A stretch of 64,000 nt of DNA. It comes from Phytoactinopolyspora alkaliphila (GTDB lineage Bacteria; Actinomycetota; Actinomycetes; Jiangellales; Jiangellaceae). The notes under the pieces were generated by a model, which was given only the letters and a program-made list of their open reading frames with translations, did not search any database and was not told the DNA's origin. Within the stretch, counting starts at the first letter, position 1, and each line of letters begins with the position of its first letter. The position numbers and the translations under genes are program-made. This document shows positions 13,003 to 22,910 of the stretch, one piece after another. The stretch is taken from contig NZ_JAAGOB010000012.1 in the NCBI RefSeq assembly GCF_010550695.1, positions 13,844 through 77,843 on the forward strand. Reading direction: 5' to 3'.

Positions 13003-13848
13003 ATGACGTTCGGCGCGCGGTTGCACAACCTGATGGGGGAGCGGGGGCCGCTGTGCGTCGGTGTCGACCCGCACCCGAGCCTGCTGTCGGCGTGGGGCCT
13101 GCCCGACACGGCGGACGGCCTGGAGCGGTTCTGCCGGACGGTGGTCACGGCCATCGCCTCCGAGGTGGCCGTGCTCAAGCCACAGTCGGCGTTCTTCGAA
13201 CGGCACGGCTCGGCGGGCATCGCCGTGCTGGAGCGGCTGGTCGCGGCTGCCCGCGAGCAGGGTGCACTGGTGCTGATGGACGCCAAGCGCGGCGACATCG
13301 GCTCGACCGTGCAGGCCTACGCCGACGCCTACGTGGACCCGGCGTCGCCGCTGTGCTCCGATGCGGTGACGGCATCGCCGTACCTGGGCTTCGGCTCGCT
13401 GCGGCCGTTGCTCGACGCGGCGGCCGCACACGGCAACGGCGTGTTCGTCCTCGCCCGTACCTCCAATCCGGAAGGCGGTGCTGTGCAGGAGGCGCGCACG
13501 TCCGACGGCCGGAACGTGGCCGTGAGCATGCTGGCGCAGGCGGCGGTCGAGAACGCCGGCATCGAGCCGCTGGGCAGCGTCGGCTGCGTCGTCGGGGCCA
13601 CCCTCGGCGGGCTGGGTTCCCTGGGTATCGCGCAGGGCGATCTGCTCATCAACGGCCCCCTGCTGGCGCCGGGAATCGGGGCTCAGGGTGCGGCCGTGAG
13701 CGATCTCCCTCGCATTTTCGGGGCGGCTCTGCCCCTGGTGATGCCGTCCGTGTCGCGCGAAGTTCTTCGGGCCGGACCGGACGGTGCCGAGCTGCGGGCC
13801 AGCACGTTTGCATTAAAGGCCCAGGTCAACGAGATGTTGATCGAGTAG
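13003..13848 (+). CDS. pyrF: Orotidine 5'-phosphate decarboxylase (long, actinobacterial type)
   Basis: ATG at 13003 preceded by GGAGAAGGAG. 281 aa. The N-terminus [25 protein letters not shown] is typical of type-2 OMP decarboxylases. The longer ORF from 12874 is rejected. Confidence 0.9.
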   Translation: MTFGARLHNLMGERGPLCVGVDPHPSLLSAWGLPDTADGLERFCRTVVTAIASEVAVLKPQSAFFERHGSAGIAVLERLVAAAREQGALVLMDAKRGDIGSTVQAYADAYVDPASPLCSDAVTASPYLGFGSLRPLLDAAAAHGNGVFVLARTSNPEGGAVQEARTSDGRNVAVSMLAQAAVENAGIEPLGSVGCVVGATLGGLGSLGIAQGDLLINGPLLAPGIGAQGAAVSDLPRIFGAALPLVMPSVSREVLRAGPDGAELRASTFALKAQVNEMLIE

Positions 13849-14024
13849 GTCGGCCAGTCGGGTGTCTTATGACGCGACACGTGACAAGAAAATTGTGTGT
13901 CGGTGCGTGCAGCCGGGGTGAGTAGGGGTACCGTGGACCACGTTGCTGACCTGGTGGTTCAGCCGCTAGGTTCCAGTTGTTCAGCAAAGTCCGTCCGATT
14001 CGACACAACAGAGGTGACCCGCTC

Positions 14025-14339
14025 GTGGCGCTCCCAAACTTGACTCCAGAACAGCGCGCGGCCGCTCTCGAGAAGGCTGCCCAGGCCCGCCGGGAGCGGG
14101 CGGAGGTCAAGAACCGGCTCAAGAATGCCGGTGCCAAGCTCAGCGATGTCCTGAAAGAGGGCGAATCCAACGAGGTTATCGGCAAGATGAAGGTGTCGGC
14201 TCTTCTTGAGTCGCTGCCCGGCGTGGGCAAGGTCCGCGCGAAGCAGATCATGGAAGAGATCGGCATCGCCGAAACGCGTCGTGTGCGCGGCCTGGGTGCC
14301 AACCAGCAGGCTGCGCTCATCGAGCGTTTCAGCGGTTGA
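14025..14339 (+). CDS. mihF: Integration host factor MihF (mIHF)
   Basis: GTG at 14025 with an AGAGG ribosome-binding site. 104 aa, closely matching the actinobacterial mIHF sequence (ALPNLTPEQRAAALEKAAQARRERAEVKNRLK...SLPGVGKVRAKQIME). Confidence 0.85.
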   Translation: MALPNLTPEQRAAALEKAAQARRERAEVKNRLKNAGAKLSDVLKEGESNEVIGKMKVSALLESLPGVGKVRAKQIMEEIGIAETRRVRGLGANQQAALIERFSG

Positions 14340-14947
14340 GCCTGGGCTTGCCACAACCTTCGGCGGCCCTGGGCGGCAAGAGAGTGATCGTTCTCTCAGG
14401 GCCGTCGGCGGTTGGCAAGACAACGGTCATGCGACGGCTCCGCGCGGAGCATCCCGAGCTGACCATCGCTCCTACCGTCACCACCCGGCCGATGCGGCCT
14501 GGTGAGGTGGACGGCTCCCCGTACTTCTTCGTGGACGACGCCACGTTCGACCGCAAGATCGAGCAGGGCGAGTTCCTCGAGTGGGCAGTCGTGCACAAGG
14601 CGGCGAAATACGGCACGCCGCGGGCGGCCGTCGAGCAGGCCAGGTCCGAGGGCCGGTCGGTGCTGATCGAGGTGGATCTCCAAGGGGCCCGCCAGATTCG
14701 CGCCACCATGCCCGAAGCCTTGTTCGTCTTTCTCGCCCCACCGAGCTGGGAGGAACTCGTCCGGCGGCTCGTCGGCCGGGGCACCGAGTCGGACGAGGAA
14801 CGGAACCGGCGGCTGCAGACCGCGCGCGAGGAGCTCGCGGCCGAGGCCGAGTTCGACATGACGCTCGTCAACACGGATGTGGCCAGTGTGTGCCAGGAAT
14901 TGGTAGCATTACTGGGTTCATCCCCCAATCCTGCCCGGAGGCATTAG
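14336..14947 (+). CDS. gmk: Guanylate kinase
   Basis: P-loop motif GPSAVGKTT. Matches the guanylate kinase family. The start codon is uncertain; a TTG at 14336 overlaps the mihF stop, and a later start is possible. Confidence 0.88.
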   Translation: MSLGLPQPSAALGGKRVIVLSGPSAVGKTTVMRRLRAEHPELTIAPTVTTRPMRPGEVDGSPYFFVDDATFDRKIEQGEFLEWAVVHKAAKYGTPRAAVEQARSEGRSVLIEVDLQGARQIRATMPEALFVFLAPPSWEELVRRLVGRGTESDEERNRRLQTAREELAAEAEFDMTLVNTDVASVCQELVALLGSSPNPARRH

Positions 14948-14948
14948 C

Positions 14949-15305
14949 GTGTCTGGACCCCATGGAGCCATGGAGGGCATCACCAACCCGCCTATCGATG
15001 AGCTCCTCTCCAAGACCGATTCCAAGTACGGTCTGGTGATCTACGCTGCCAAGCGGGCACGCCAGATCAACGCCTACTACTCGCAGCTGGGCGAAGGACT
15101 CCTCGAGTATGTCGGTCCGCTGGTCGAGACCCGCGTTCAGGAGAAGCCGCTGTCGATCGCGCTGCGCGAGATCGATGCCGGCCTCCTGACCGCTGAGGAG
15201 ATCGACCCGGCAGAGCTGGCGGCGGAGTCCGACGTCCGTGAGGTCACGGCCGCCGATGTGACGGCAGCTGACATCGCGGCCGCCGGCCCGTCCGACCAGG
15301 AATGA
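14949..15305 (+). CDS. rpoZ: DNA-directed RNA polymerase subunit omega
   Basis: Core sequence [52 protein letters not shown] is the conserved actinobacterial RpoZ. Has an acidic C-terminal tail. Confidence 0.9.
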   Translation: MSGPHGAMEGITNPPIDELLSKTDSKYGLVIYAAKRARQINAYYSQLGEGLLEYVGPLVETRVQEKPLSIALREIDAGLLTAEEIDPAELAAESDVREVTAADVTAADIAAAGPSDQE

Positions 15306-16558
15306 GCCCAGGAGCGCCCGAGTCCGGCGGAGGCCGGCTCCGGGTGCTCTTAGGGGTCAGCGGCGGTATCGCCGCGTACAAGGCCTGTGAGGTGCTGCGG
15401 CAGCTGACCGAGGCCGGTCACGACGTCCGTGTGATCCCCACGGAGGCGGCGCTGCGTTTCGTGGGTGCGCCCACGTGGGCGGCGCTGTCTGGCCAGCCCG
15501 TGGCCACCAGCGTCTTCGAGGATGTGCACGAGGTGCCGCACGTGGCACTCGGCCAGTCGGCTGATGTGGTGCTCGTCGTTCCCGCCACCGCCGATCTGCT
15601 GGCGCGCGCCGCCGGCGGCCGGGCCGACGACCTTCTCACCTCCACACTGCTCACAGCGCGATGCCCGGTCGTGTATGCACCCGCGATGCATACAGAGATG
15701 TGGGAGCACCCGGCCACGGCGGCCAATGTATCCACGTTGCGTGCTCGTGGTGCCGTGGTGATCGAGCCTGCCGCCGGCCGGTTGACCGGGGCCGACTCGG
15801 GCAAGGGCCGGTTGCCCGAGCCGGCGGCCATCGTCGAGGTGATGCGTGGGGTTCTGCGCTCGCACCGTACGGGTGCCGACCTTGCCGGCACGCATCTGGT
15901 GGTGTCCGCCGGGGGGACGCGTGAGCACATCGATCCAGTGCGATTCATCGGCAACCGCTCGTCCGGGAGACAGGGCTACGCGGTCGCTCAGGCAGCGGTC
16001 AGTCGCGGGGCACGGGTTACCGTCGTCGCAGCCAATGTCGCCTTGCCGGACGTCGCCGGTGCGGATGTGATCCGCGTGGTATCGGCGGAACAGCTTCGCG
16101 AGGTGGTGCTCAAGGCCGCGGCCGATGCCGACGCCGTGGTGATGGCGGCGGCAGTGGCGGATTTCCGGCCTCGGCAGTACCAGGAATCGAAGATCAAGAA
16201 GACGGCGGAGAGCATGGACGCTCCGTCGATTCAGCTGGAGCGCACCCGCGACATCCTGGCCGAGCTGTCGGCCGAGCGAAGCTCGCAGCATCAGGTGGTC
16301 GTGGGGTTCGCGGCCGAGACCGGCGACGCTTCTGGCGGCGTGCTCGATCATGGCCGGGCCAAGCTGGCGGCGAAGGGCTGCGACCTGCTCGTCGTCAACG
16401 AGGTCGGGGCTGACCGCGGGTTCGAGTCCGAAGAGAACCAGGCGGTGATCCTCGACCGCGACGGCTCTGCCACGGAGGTGCCCCACGGGCCCAAATCCGA
16501 GCTGGCCCATGTCATTGTGGATCTGGTGGCGCAGCGGCTGGGATCGCGCCATAGTTGA
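15302..16558 (+). CDS. coaBC: Bifunctional phosphopantothenoylcysteine decarboxylase / phosphopantothenate-cysteine ligase
   Basis: 418 aa. N-terminal flavoprotein domain ([20 protein letters not shown]) and C-terminal DFP ligase domain. Confidence 0.93.
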   Translation: MSPGAPESGGGRLRVLLGVSGGIAAYKACEVLRQLTEAGHDVRVIPTEAALRFVGAPTWAALSGQPVATSVFEDVHEVPHVALGQSADVVLVVPATADLLARAAGGRADDLLTSTLLTARCPVVYAPAMHTEMWEHPATAANVSTLRARGAVVIEPAAGRLTGADSGKGRLPEPAAIVEVMRGVLRSHRTGADLAGTHLVVSAGGTREHIDPVRFIGNRSSGRQGYAVAQAAVSRGARVTVVAANVALPDVAGADVIRVVSAEQLREVVLKAAADADAVVMAAAVADFRPRQYQESKIKKTAESMDAPSIQLERTRDILAELSAERSSQHQVVVGFAAETGDASGGVLDHGRAKLAAKGCDLLVVNEVGADRGFESEENQAVILDRDGSATEVPHGPKSELAHVIVDLVAQRLGSRHS

Positions 16559-16582
16559 GATCCCACGTCGCCGGGAGGAAAG

Positions 16583-17776
16583 ATGACGCTGCGGCTATTC
16601 ACGTCCGAGTCCGTGACCGAGGGGCATCCGGACAAGATCTGCGATCAGATCAGCGACGCCGTGCTGGATGCCATGCTGGCCGACGATCCCGCGAGCCGGG
16701 TGGCCGTGGAGACGATGGTGACCACCGGACAAGTACACGTCGCCGGTGAGGTCACCACCAGCACGTATGCGGACATTCCCGCCATCGTGCGGGACACGAT
16801 CCTCGACATCGGCTACGACTCCTCCGCCAAGGGTTTCGACGGGGCGTCGTGCGGGGTCAACATCGCCATCGGCGCGCAGTCGGCCGACATCGCGCAAGGT
16901 GTCGACACGGCGTACGAGTCCCGGGTAGAGGGCGACGACGATCCGCTCGACCGGCAGGGTGCGGGCGACCAGGGTCTGATGTTCGGCTACGCATGCGACG
17001 AGACACCGGAACTGATGCCGCTGCCCATCAGCCTCGCCCATCGGCTCGCGCAGCAGCTCAGCCACGCCCGCAAGAGCGGTGCCGTGCCGTATCTGCGCCC
17101 GGACGGCAAGACCCAGGTCACCATCGAGTATGACGGCGATCGCCCGGCACGCGTCGACACGATCGTGATATCCACCCAGCACGCCTCCAACGTGGATCTG
17201 GTCAACCTCCTCACTCCGGACCTCATCGCATACGTGGTAGCTCCGGTCCTGGAGCAGTTCTCGCTGCCGTCGGACGGGCATCGGCTCCTGGTGAACCCCA
17301 CCGGGCGCTTCGAGATCGGCGGCCCGATGGGCGACGCCGGACTCACCGGACGGAAGATCATCATCGACACGTACGGCGGCATGGCGCGCCACGGCGGCGG
17401 CGCTTTCAGCGGCAAGGACCCGTCCAAGGTAGACCGCTCCGCCGCCTACGCGATGCGGTGCGTGGCGAAGAACGTGGTAGCCGCGGGACTGGCCACCCGG
17501 TGCGAGATCCAGGTCGCCTACGCGATCGGCAAGGCCGAACCTGTGGGCCTGTTCGTGGAGTGCTTCGGCACCGAAGCGCTCCCGGTCTCGCAGATCGAAC
17601 GCGCCGTGGCCGACGTCTTCGATTTGCGTCCGGCGGCCATCATCCGCGATCTGGATCTGCTGCGGCCCATCTACCGGCAGACGGCGGCGTACGGCCATTT
17701 CGGCCGAGAGCTGCCGGCGTTCACGTGGGAGCGGACCGACCGCACCGAGGCGCTCAAGGATGCCGTCGGCGGATGA
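16583..17776 (+). CDS. metK: S-adenosylmethionine synthetase
   Basis: 397 aa with the [16 protein letters not shown] motif and the [10 protein letters not shown] motif. Confidence 0.97.
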   Translation: MTLRLFTSESVTEGHPDKICDQISDAVLDAMLADDPASRVAVETMVTTGQVHVAGEVTTSTYADIPAIVRDTILDIGYDSSAKGFDGASCGVNIAIGAQSADIAQGVDTAYESRVEGDDDPLDRQGAGDQGLMFGYACDETPELMPLPISLAHRLAQQLSHARKSGAVPYLRPDGKTQVTIEYDGDRPARVDTIVISTQHASNVDLVNLLTPDLIAYVVAPVLEQFSLPSDGHRLLVNPTGRFEIGGPMGDAGLTGRKIIIDTYGGMARHGGGAFSGKDPSKVDRSAAYAMRCVAKNVVAAGLATRCEIQVAYAIGKAEPVGLFVECFGTEALPVSQIERAVADVFDLRPAAIIRDLDLLRPIYRQTAAYGHFGRELPAFTWERTDRTEALKDAVGG

Positions 17777-17791
17777 GATAGAAACGACGCT

Positions 17792-19825
17792 GTGGGTGAG
17801 GATGATCGTGAATCCGACAGCGCCGGCCAGCTGGCGCTGACGGGTGCGCCCGCACCGAAACGCAAGGCACCGAAGAAGCAGTCCATGGCGGAGGACGCTC
17901 CGGTGGCGCGTGTGCTGGTCGACATTGGGCTGGCGCACCTTGACCGGCCGTTCGACTACCTGGTTCCCGCGTCCATGGCCGATGGCGCCGTTCCGGGCGC
18001 GCGGGTACGGGTGAGATTCGCCGGCGCCGATCATGACGGCTTCATTGTGGAACGCACGGACAGCAGCGAGCACACGGGGCGGCTGTCCCCGTTGCGGCGC
18101 CTCGTGTCCCCGGAACCGGTACTGACTCCTCAGGTGGCGCAGCTGGCGCGAGCCGTCGCCGACCGGTACGCCGGTACCGTGGCCGACGTGCTGCGCCTGG
18201 CGGTGCCTCCCCGGCACGCGAGGACCGAGAAGGAGCCGAGCCCGGCGCCCACCCCGGCTCCGTCGCGCCCCGCCCCGGGTGGATGGGCGGACCACCGCCA
18301 TGGCACGGCATTGCTGGACGCGCTGGCCGATGCCCGAGCTGGCGCGCGACCCCCGCGAGCGGTGTGGAACCCCGGGCCTGCGGCCGCGTGGCCGGACCTG
18401 CTCGCCAGGCTCGTCGCCACCACGGTCTCAGGTGGCCGCGGGGCGGTGGTGGTGGTCCCCGACGCACGCGACGTCGCCCGTCTGGACACGGCCCTACGGG
18501 ATGTCATGGGGGAGGGGCGGCACATAGCCTTGGAGGCCGACGCCGGCCTGGCTGAACGGTACAGGCGCTGGCTTCGGGCCTTGCGTGGATCGGTCCGCGC
18601 CGTTGTCGGCACCCGTTCGGCGGCATTCGCGCCGGTCGCGAATCTCGGCCTGGTGGCGATCTGGGACGACGGCGACGACCTGTTCGCCGAGCCCCGCGCG
18701 CCGTACCCCCACACCCGCGAGGTGCTGCTGCTGCGGGCCCATCTGGCCGGTGCGGCGGCGGTCGTGGGAGCGCATGCGCGGACCGCCGAGGCGCAGCAGC
18801 TCGTGGAAACAGGATGGGCGCGCGCCGTGGAACCGGAGCGCAGCGCGGTGCGTGCTCGTGCGCCCCAGATCCACACCGTCGGCGACGAGTATGAGCAGCA
18901 TCGCGATCAAGCGGCACGCAGCGCCAGGCTGCCGTCGCTGGCGTGGCGCGTCGCCCGCTCCGGATTGCAGCGCGGCCCGGTTCTCGTTCAGGTGGCCCGG
19001 GCCGGATACGTGCCGGCTCTGGCGTGTGCGCGGTGCCGGACGCCCGCGCGCTGCTCGCGGTGTCCGGGCGGTCTGCGGCTCAGTGAGCACGGCGGCGCGC
19101 CGACGTGCGAGCGATGCTCGACGCCCGCACCGTCCTGGCAATGCACGGAATGCGGGCATGGCCGGCTGCGGGCCGCAGTGGTCGGGCTGCGCCGCACGGT
19201 GGAGGAACTCGGCCGGGCATTCCCCGGTGTCCAGGTCTGGCAGTCGGGCGCCGAGGCGGTGACCGACACTCTCGGTCCCGAGCCGCGGCTGGTGGTCGCT
19301 ACCCATGGGGCGGAGCCGGAGGTCACCGGAGGTTACGCGAGTGCGCTGCTGCTGGACGGCACGTCGATGCTGAACCGGCAGAGCCTGCGGGCCGCGGAAG
19401 AGGCCCTGCGCCGGTGGCTGCGCGCGGCCGCGCTCGTGAGGTCACGGCCCGGAGGCGGGGAGATCGTCGTCGTCGCAGATCCTGGCGTTCCTGCGGTGCA
19501 GGCACTGGTGCGCTGGGATCCGGCCGGCTTCGCGGCCAGGGAACTCGCCGAGCGCGCTCAGCTGCATTTCCCACCGGCGGCCCGGGTGGCCCAGCTGCGG
19601 GGAGCGAGGGGTGACATCGACGAACTCCTGCGGCTGGCCGAGCTGCCGGCGGGTGCGCAGATCGCCGGGCCGGACCAGGACGGAGATACGGCGCAGGCAC
19701 TGGTGCGGGTGCCTCGGTCCTCGGGAACATCCCTGGCCGCAGCGCTGCGGGGCGCAGCCGGAGTGCGTTCCGCGCGCCGTTCCGGTGAGCCGGTGCGCAT
19801 CCAGATCGACCCCGCCGACCTCTGA
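17792..19825 (+). CDS. priA: Primosomal protein N' (PriA), actinobacterial type
   Basis: 677 aa. Contains a Cys-rich zinc-binding region (CARCRTPARCSRCPGG...CERCS...CTECG). Sits in the conserved position after metK. The true start may be a later Met (MAEDAPVARVLVD). Confidence 0.85.
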   Translation: MGEDDRESDSAGQLALTGAPAPKRKAPKKQSMAEDAPVARVLVDIGLAHLDRPFDYLVPASMADGAVPGARVRVRFAGADHDGFIVERTDSSEHTGRLSPLRRLVSPEPVLTPQVAQLARAVADRYAGTVADVLRLAVPPRHARTEKEPSPAPTPAPSRPAPGGWADHRHGTALLDALADARAGARPPRAVWNPGPAAAWPDLLARLVATTVSGGRGAVVVVPDARDVARLDTALRDVMGEGRHIALEADAGLAERYRRWLRALRGSVRAVVGTRSAAFAPVANLGLVAIWDDGDDLFAEPRAPYPHTREVLLLRAHLAGAAAVVGAHARTAEAQQLVETGWARAVEPERSAVRARAPQIHTVGDEYEQHRDQAARSARLPSLAWRVARSGLQRGPVLVQVARAGYVPALACARCRTPARCSRCPGGLRLSEHGGAPTCERCSTPAPSWQCTECGHGRLRAAVVGLRRTVEELGRAFPGVQVWQSGAEAVTDTLGPEPRLVVATHGAEPEVTGGYASALLLDGTSMLNRQSLRAAEEALRRWLRAAALVRSRPGGGEIVVVADPGVPAVQALVRWDPAGFAARELAERAQLHFPPAARVAQLRGARGDIDELLRLAELPAGAQIAGPDQDGDTAQALVRVPRSSGTSLAAALRGAAGVRSARRSGEPVRIQIDPADL

Positions 19826-19851
19826 GCCCACCGGTACCGACGAAAGAGGTG

Positions 19852-20526
19852 TTAGCCGGCGAGGGTGCGGTAGTGGTCGACGGCGGCCGCCGGTTCGCCG
19901 TCGAAGGCGATCGCACCTTCGTGGAACACGAGCACGCGGTCGGACCCCAGGACGGCGTCCAAATCATGTGTGACGAGCACCACCTGCTGGGGCACGGACG
20001 CCAGCAGATCGGCGATCCGGCGCGCGTTGCGCAGGTCGAGCAGCGTGGTGGGCTCGTCGCACACCAGGATCTCCGGCGCGGTGACGAGCACCGAGCACAG
20101 GGCCAGCAGCTGCTTCTGGCCACCGGACAGCAGATGCGCGGGATGGTCGGCGTGGCCGTCGAGCCCGAAGGCCGCGAGGTGCTCGGCGACGATCCGGGCG
20201 GCGTCGGGCTTGGCCAGCCTCCGCCGGCGCAGGCTGAACGCCACGTCCTCGGCGACGGTGGGCATGACGATCTGGGCGTCCGGGTCGGTGAAGACGAATC
20301 CGACTCGCCTGCGCACTCGTGCACCATCGGTCCGGGTGTCCAGCCCGCCTACCCGGACGCGACCCTCCGTGGGAATGACGAGGCCGTTGAGCAGCCGGGC
20401 GAACGTGGACTTTCCCGAGCCGTTGGCGCCGATGACGCCGATTCTTCGCTCGGTCAGGGTGAGATCCAGGTGATCAAGGACGCGCCGCTCCCCGAATGCG
20501 TGGCAGACGCCTTGAACCTCGATCAC
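19852..20526 (-). CDS. ABC transporter ATP-binding protein, ECF/CbiO-like, short (224 aa), with no adjacent permease
   Basis: Walker A GANGSGKST, signature LSGGQKQ and Walker B ILVCDEPT are present. The FTDPDAQIVMPTVAEDVAF segment is typical of EcfA/CbiO. It is convergent with priA, 27 bp away, and no transmembrane partner gene is adjacent. Confidence 0.8.
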   Translation of the reverse strand: MIEVQGVCHAFGERRVLDHLDLTLTERRIGVIGANGSGKSTFARLLNGLVIPTEGRVRVGGLDTRTDGARVRRRVGFVFTDPDAQIVMPTVAEDVAFSLRRRRLAKPDAARIVAEHLAAFGLDGHADHPAHLLSGGQKQLLALCSVLVTAPEILVCDEPTTLLDLRNARRIADLLASVPQQVVLVTHDLDAVLGSDRVLVFHEGAIAFDGEPAAAVDHYRTLAG

Positions 20527-20743
20527 GGCGACAAATGTAAACTAACGGGGTTTTGACACCTGCGGCGGACTCGGGGACGCGTGCCGGAGCAGGGACGAGA
20601 ATCGGTATCGGTCCGCGCCGTCCTCGTCTTCAATGGCGGACGAACACGGTCCACGATCAATACGCAAGAGAACCCAGGCTGGATCGGCTAAACGGTCGCC
20701 TGGCGCCATGCCCATATCGCGACGCGACGGAGACCACTGAACG

Positions 20744-22342
20744 ATGCTCACCGCCCATGAGGTAGAAGTACGTGCCGGGGCGCAGATCCTGCTCGCCGGG
20801 GCCACATTCAGGATCGCGCCCGGGGACAAGATCGGGCTTGTCGGACGAAACGGCGCGGGCAAGACGACGCTCACCCGGATTCTCGCGGGTGAGGGGCAAC
20901 CGTTCGGTGGCAGCGTCAGCCGATCCGGCGAGGTGGGGTACCTGCCGCAGGATCCCCGGACGGGCGACCCGGACGTGCTGGCCCGGGACCGGATCCTCGG
21001 CGCACGGGGGCTCGATGTGATCACCGCGCAGTTGCGTCGCGCCGAGGAGCAGATTGCCTCGGAGAACACCGCAGAGCACGAGCGGGGCATGCGCCGGTAC
21101 AGCCGGCTTGAGTCGGAGTTCCTCGCGCTGGGCGGTTACGCGTCGGAGAGCGAGGCCGCGACCATCGCCGCCAGTCTCGGCCTGGACGAACGCGTCCTGA
21201 CTCAGCCTTTGCGCACCCTTTCCGGTGGACAGCGCCGGCGCATCGAGCTTGCCCGGATCTTGTTCTCCGACGCCGGCACCATGTTGCTGGACGAGCCGAC
21301 CAACCACCTCGACGCCGACTCGATCATGTGGCTGCGTGACTTCCTGCGTGCATACAAAGGCGGGTTGGTGGTCATCAGCCACGACGTCGCGTTGCTGGAC
21401 AAGACCGTCAACCGCGTCTTCCACCTCGATGCCACGCGAGCCGAACTCGATGTCTACAACGTGGGCTGGTCCACCTATCTTCAGCAGCGCGAGAGCGACG
21501 AGCGGCGACGACGCCGGGAGCGTACCAACGCCGAGAAGAAGGCCAGCGTGCTGAAGGCCCAGGCCGACCGGATGCGGTATAAGGCCACGAAGGCGGTTGC
21601 GGCGCAGAACATGGATCGCCGGGCTCAGCGGCTGCTCGCCGGGCTGGAGGAACAGCGACGCTCGGAGAAGGTCGCCAAATTGCGGTTCCCGGATCCGGCA
21701 CCCTGCGGCAAGACACCGCTGACGGCGCGCGGGCTGTCGAAGTCGTACGGCTCGCTTGAGGTATTCACCGACGTCGACCTCGCCATCGACCGCGGCAGCA
21801 GAGTCGTGGTGCTCGGCCTGAACGGAGCGGGAAAGACCACCCTGCTCCGAATCCTCGGCGGAGCCGAGAAGCCGGACACCGGAATTGTGGAGCCGGGACA
21901 CGGGCTGCGGCTGGGCTACTACGCCCAGGAACATGAGACCTTGGACACATCGCGCACCGTGCTCGAGAACATGCGCGCCGCTGCCCCCGACCTGCCCGAC
22001 GTGGAGGCGCGGCGCGTGCTGGGGTCGTTCTTGTTCTCCGGCGACGCGGTCGACAAACCGGCCGCGGTGCTCTCCGGCGGGGAGAAGACCAGACTGGCTC
22101 TGGCCTCACTGGTCGTATCCAGTGCCAACGTCTTGCTGCTCGACGAGCCGACCAACAACCTCGATCCGGCGTCGCGGGAAGAGGTATTGGGCGCGCTGAG
22201 GTCATTCGCGGGCGCGATTGTGCTGGTCACCCATGATGAAGGTGCGGTCGACGCGCTGTCTCCTGAACGAGTCCTATTGCTTCCGGACGGCGTCGAAGAT
22301 CTCTGGAATGCAGAGTATTCGGACCTTGTCGCGTTAGCCTAA
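20744..22342 (+). CDS. ABC-F family ATPase (tandem ABC cassettes, no TM domain)
   Basis: 532 aa with two Walker A motifs (GRNGAGKTT and GLNGAGKTT) and two signature motifs (LSGGQRRR and LSGGEKTR), and no hydrophobic domain. This is the architecture of ribosome-associated ABC-F proteins such as EttA and antibiotic-resistance (ARE) ABC-F proteins. Confidence 0.9.
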   Translation: MLTAHEVEVRAGAQILLAGATFRIAPGDKIGLVGRNGAGKTTLTRILAGEGQPFGGSVSRSGEVGYLPQDPRTGDPDVLARDRILGARGLDVITAQLRRAEEQIASENTAEHERGMRRYSRLESEFLALGGYASESEAATIAASLGLDERVLTQPLRTLSGGQRRRIELARILFSDAGTMLLDEPTNHLDADSIMWLRDFLRAYKGGLVVISHDVALLDKTVNRVFHLDATRAELDVYNVGWSTYLQQRESDERRRRRERTNAEKKASVLKAQADRMRYKATKAVAAQNMDRRAQRLLAGLEEQRRSEKVAKLRFPDPAPCGKTPLTARGLSKSYGSLEVFTDVDLAIDRGSRVVVLGLNGAGKTTLLRILGGAEKPDTGIVEPGHGLRLGYYAQEHETLDTSRTVLENMRAAAPDLPDVEARRVLGSFLFSGDAVDKPAAVLSGGEKTRLALASLVVSSANVLLLDEPTNNLDPASREEVLGALRSFAGAIVLVTHDEGAVDALSPERVLLLPDGVEDLWNAEYSDLVALA

Positions 22343-22467
22343 AGGTGCACTCGAGCGCGATATCCGAGCCATCATGTGGGATTGATCTTGCGTTCGGGTG
22401 GCGAAAAACAGTAATGGGACGGATCATGGTCCTCTGTCATGGAGGACTACGAAAACGGGGAGGACGC

Positions 22468-22689
22468 GTGGCCGACAAGTTGGTAAAGGGCGCGCGGATC
22501 AGCGGAGGACAGCGTGACCAGCTCTCCACTGATCTGAAGAAGCAGTATGAAAGTGGCAGGAGTATCCGGGAACTGGCGTCCGAGACCGGGCGTTCCTACG
22601 GCTTCGTCCATCGCCTGCTTTCCGAGTCAGGTGTGACGTTGCGCGGGCGCGGCGGCGCTACCCGCGGCAAAGCCCGGAAGAAGTCGTGA
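22468..22689 (+). CDS. Small helix-turn-helix regulatory protein (73 aa)
   Basis: GTG at 22468 lies 7 nt after GGGGAGGA. The sequence KGARISGGQRDQLSTDLKKQYESGRSIRELASETGRSYGFVHRLLSESGVTLRGRGG matches a small HTH family widespread in actinobacteria. Confidence 0.7.
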   Translation: MADKLVKGARISGGQRDQLSTDLKKQYESGRSIRELASETGRSYGFVHRLLSESGVTLRGRGGATRGKARKKS

Positions 22690-22714
22690 CCACTTTCACG
22701 AAGCTCGCGTAGCC

Positions 22715-22785
22715 GAAAATGATCTTGGCCTTTCCGGTTCTTGTTCCACTGACGGTGAGAGTCCTGGAAAGGCCAAGATCATTTC
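22715..22785. terminator. Long near-perfect inverted repeat (21-bp stem, about 26-nt loop) 3' of the HTH gene; candidate intrinsic terminator or structured RNA element
   Basis: GAAAATGATCTTGGCCTTTCCGG (22715-22737) pairs with CCTGGAAAGGCCAAGATCATTTC (22763-22785) and is followed by TTCTTAAAGG. The region is AT-rich relative to the surrounding genome. Confidence 0.55.
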
Positions 22786-22910
22786 TTAAAGGAACGGAAC
22801 GGCAGAATCGGGCGCTGACGGCGTGCTGGAAGAAACCTGCCGGTCCTGGTGTTGTCTTGGCCTGACACATCTGATGTCAAGGGCAGAGGCAAGGCTACGG
22901 ACGGAGGTCG

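Noticed and set aside
13977-14024. 16-codon extension of mihF
   Set aside because: The actinobacterial mIHF N-terminus aligns to the GTG at 14025, which has an RBS.
20553-20765. 70-aa ORF in the ABC-F leader running into the ABC-F start
   Set aside because: It is in a different frame from the ABC-F gene and is an Arg/Pro-rich GC artefact. Only the short 39-codon uORF in another frame is retained, as a hypothesis.
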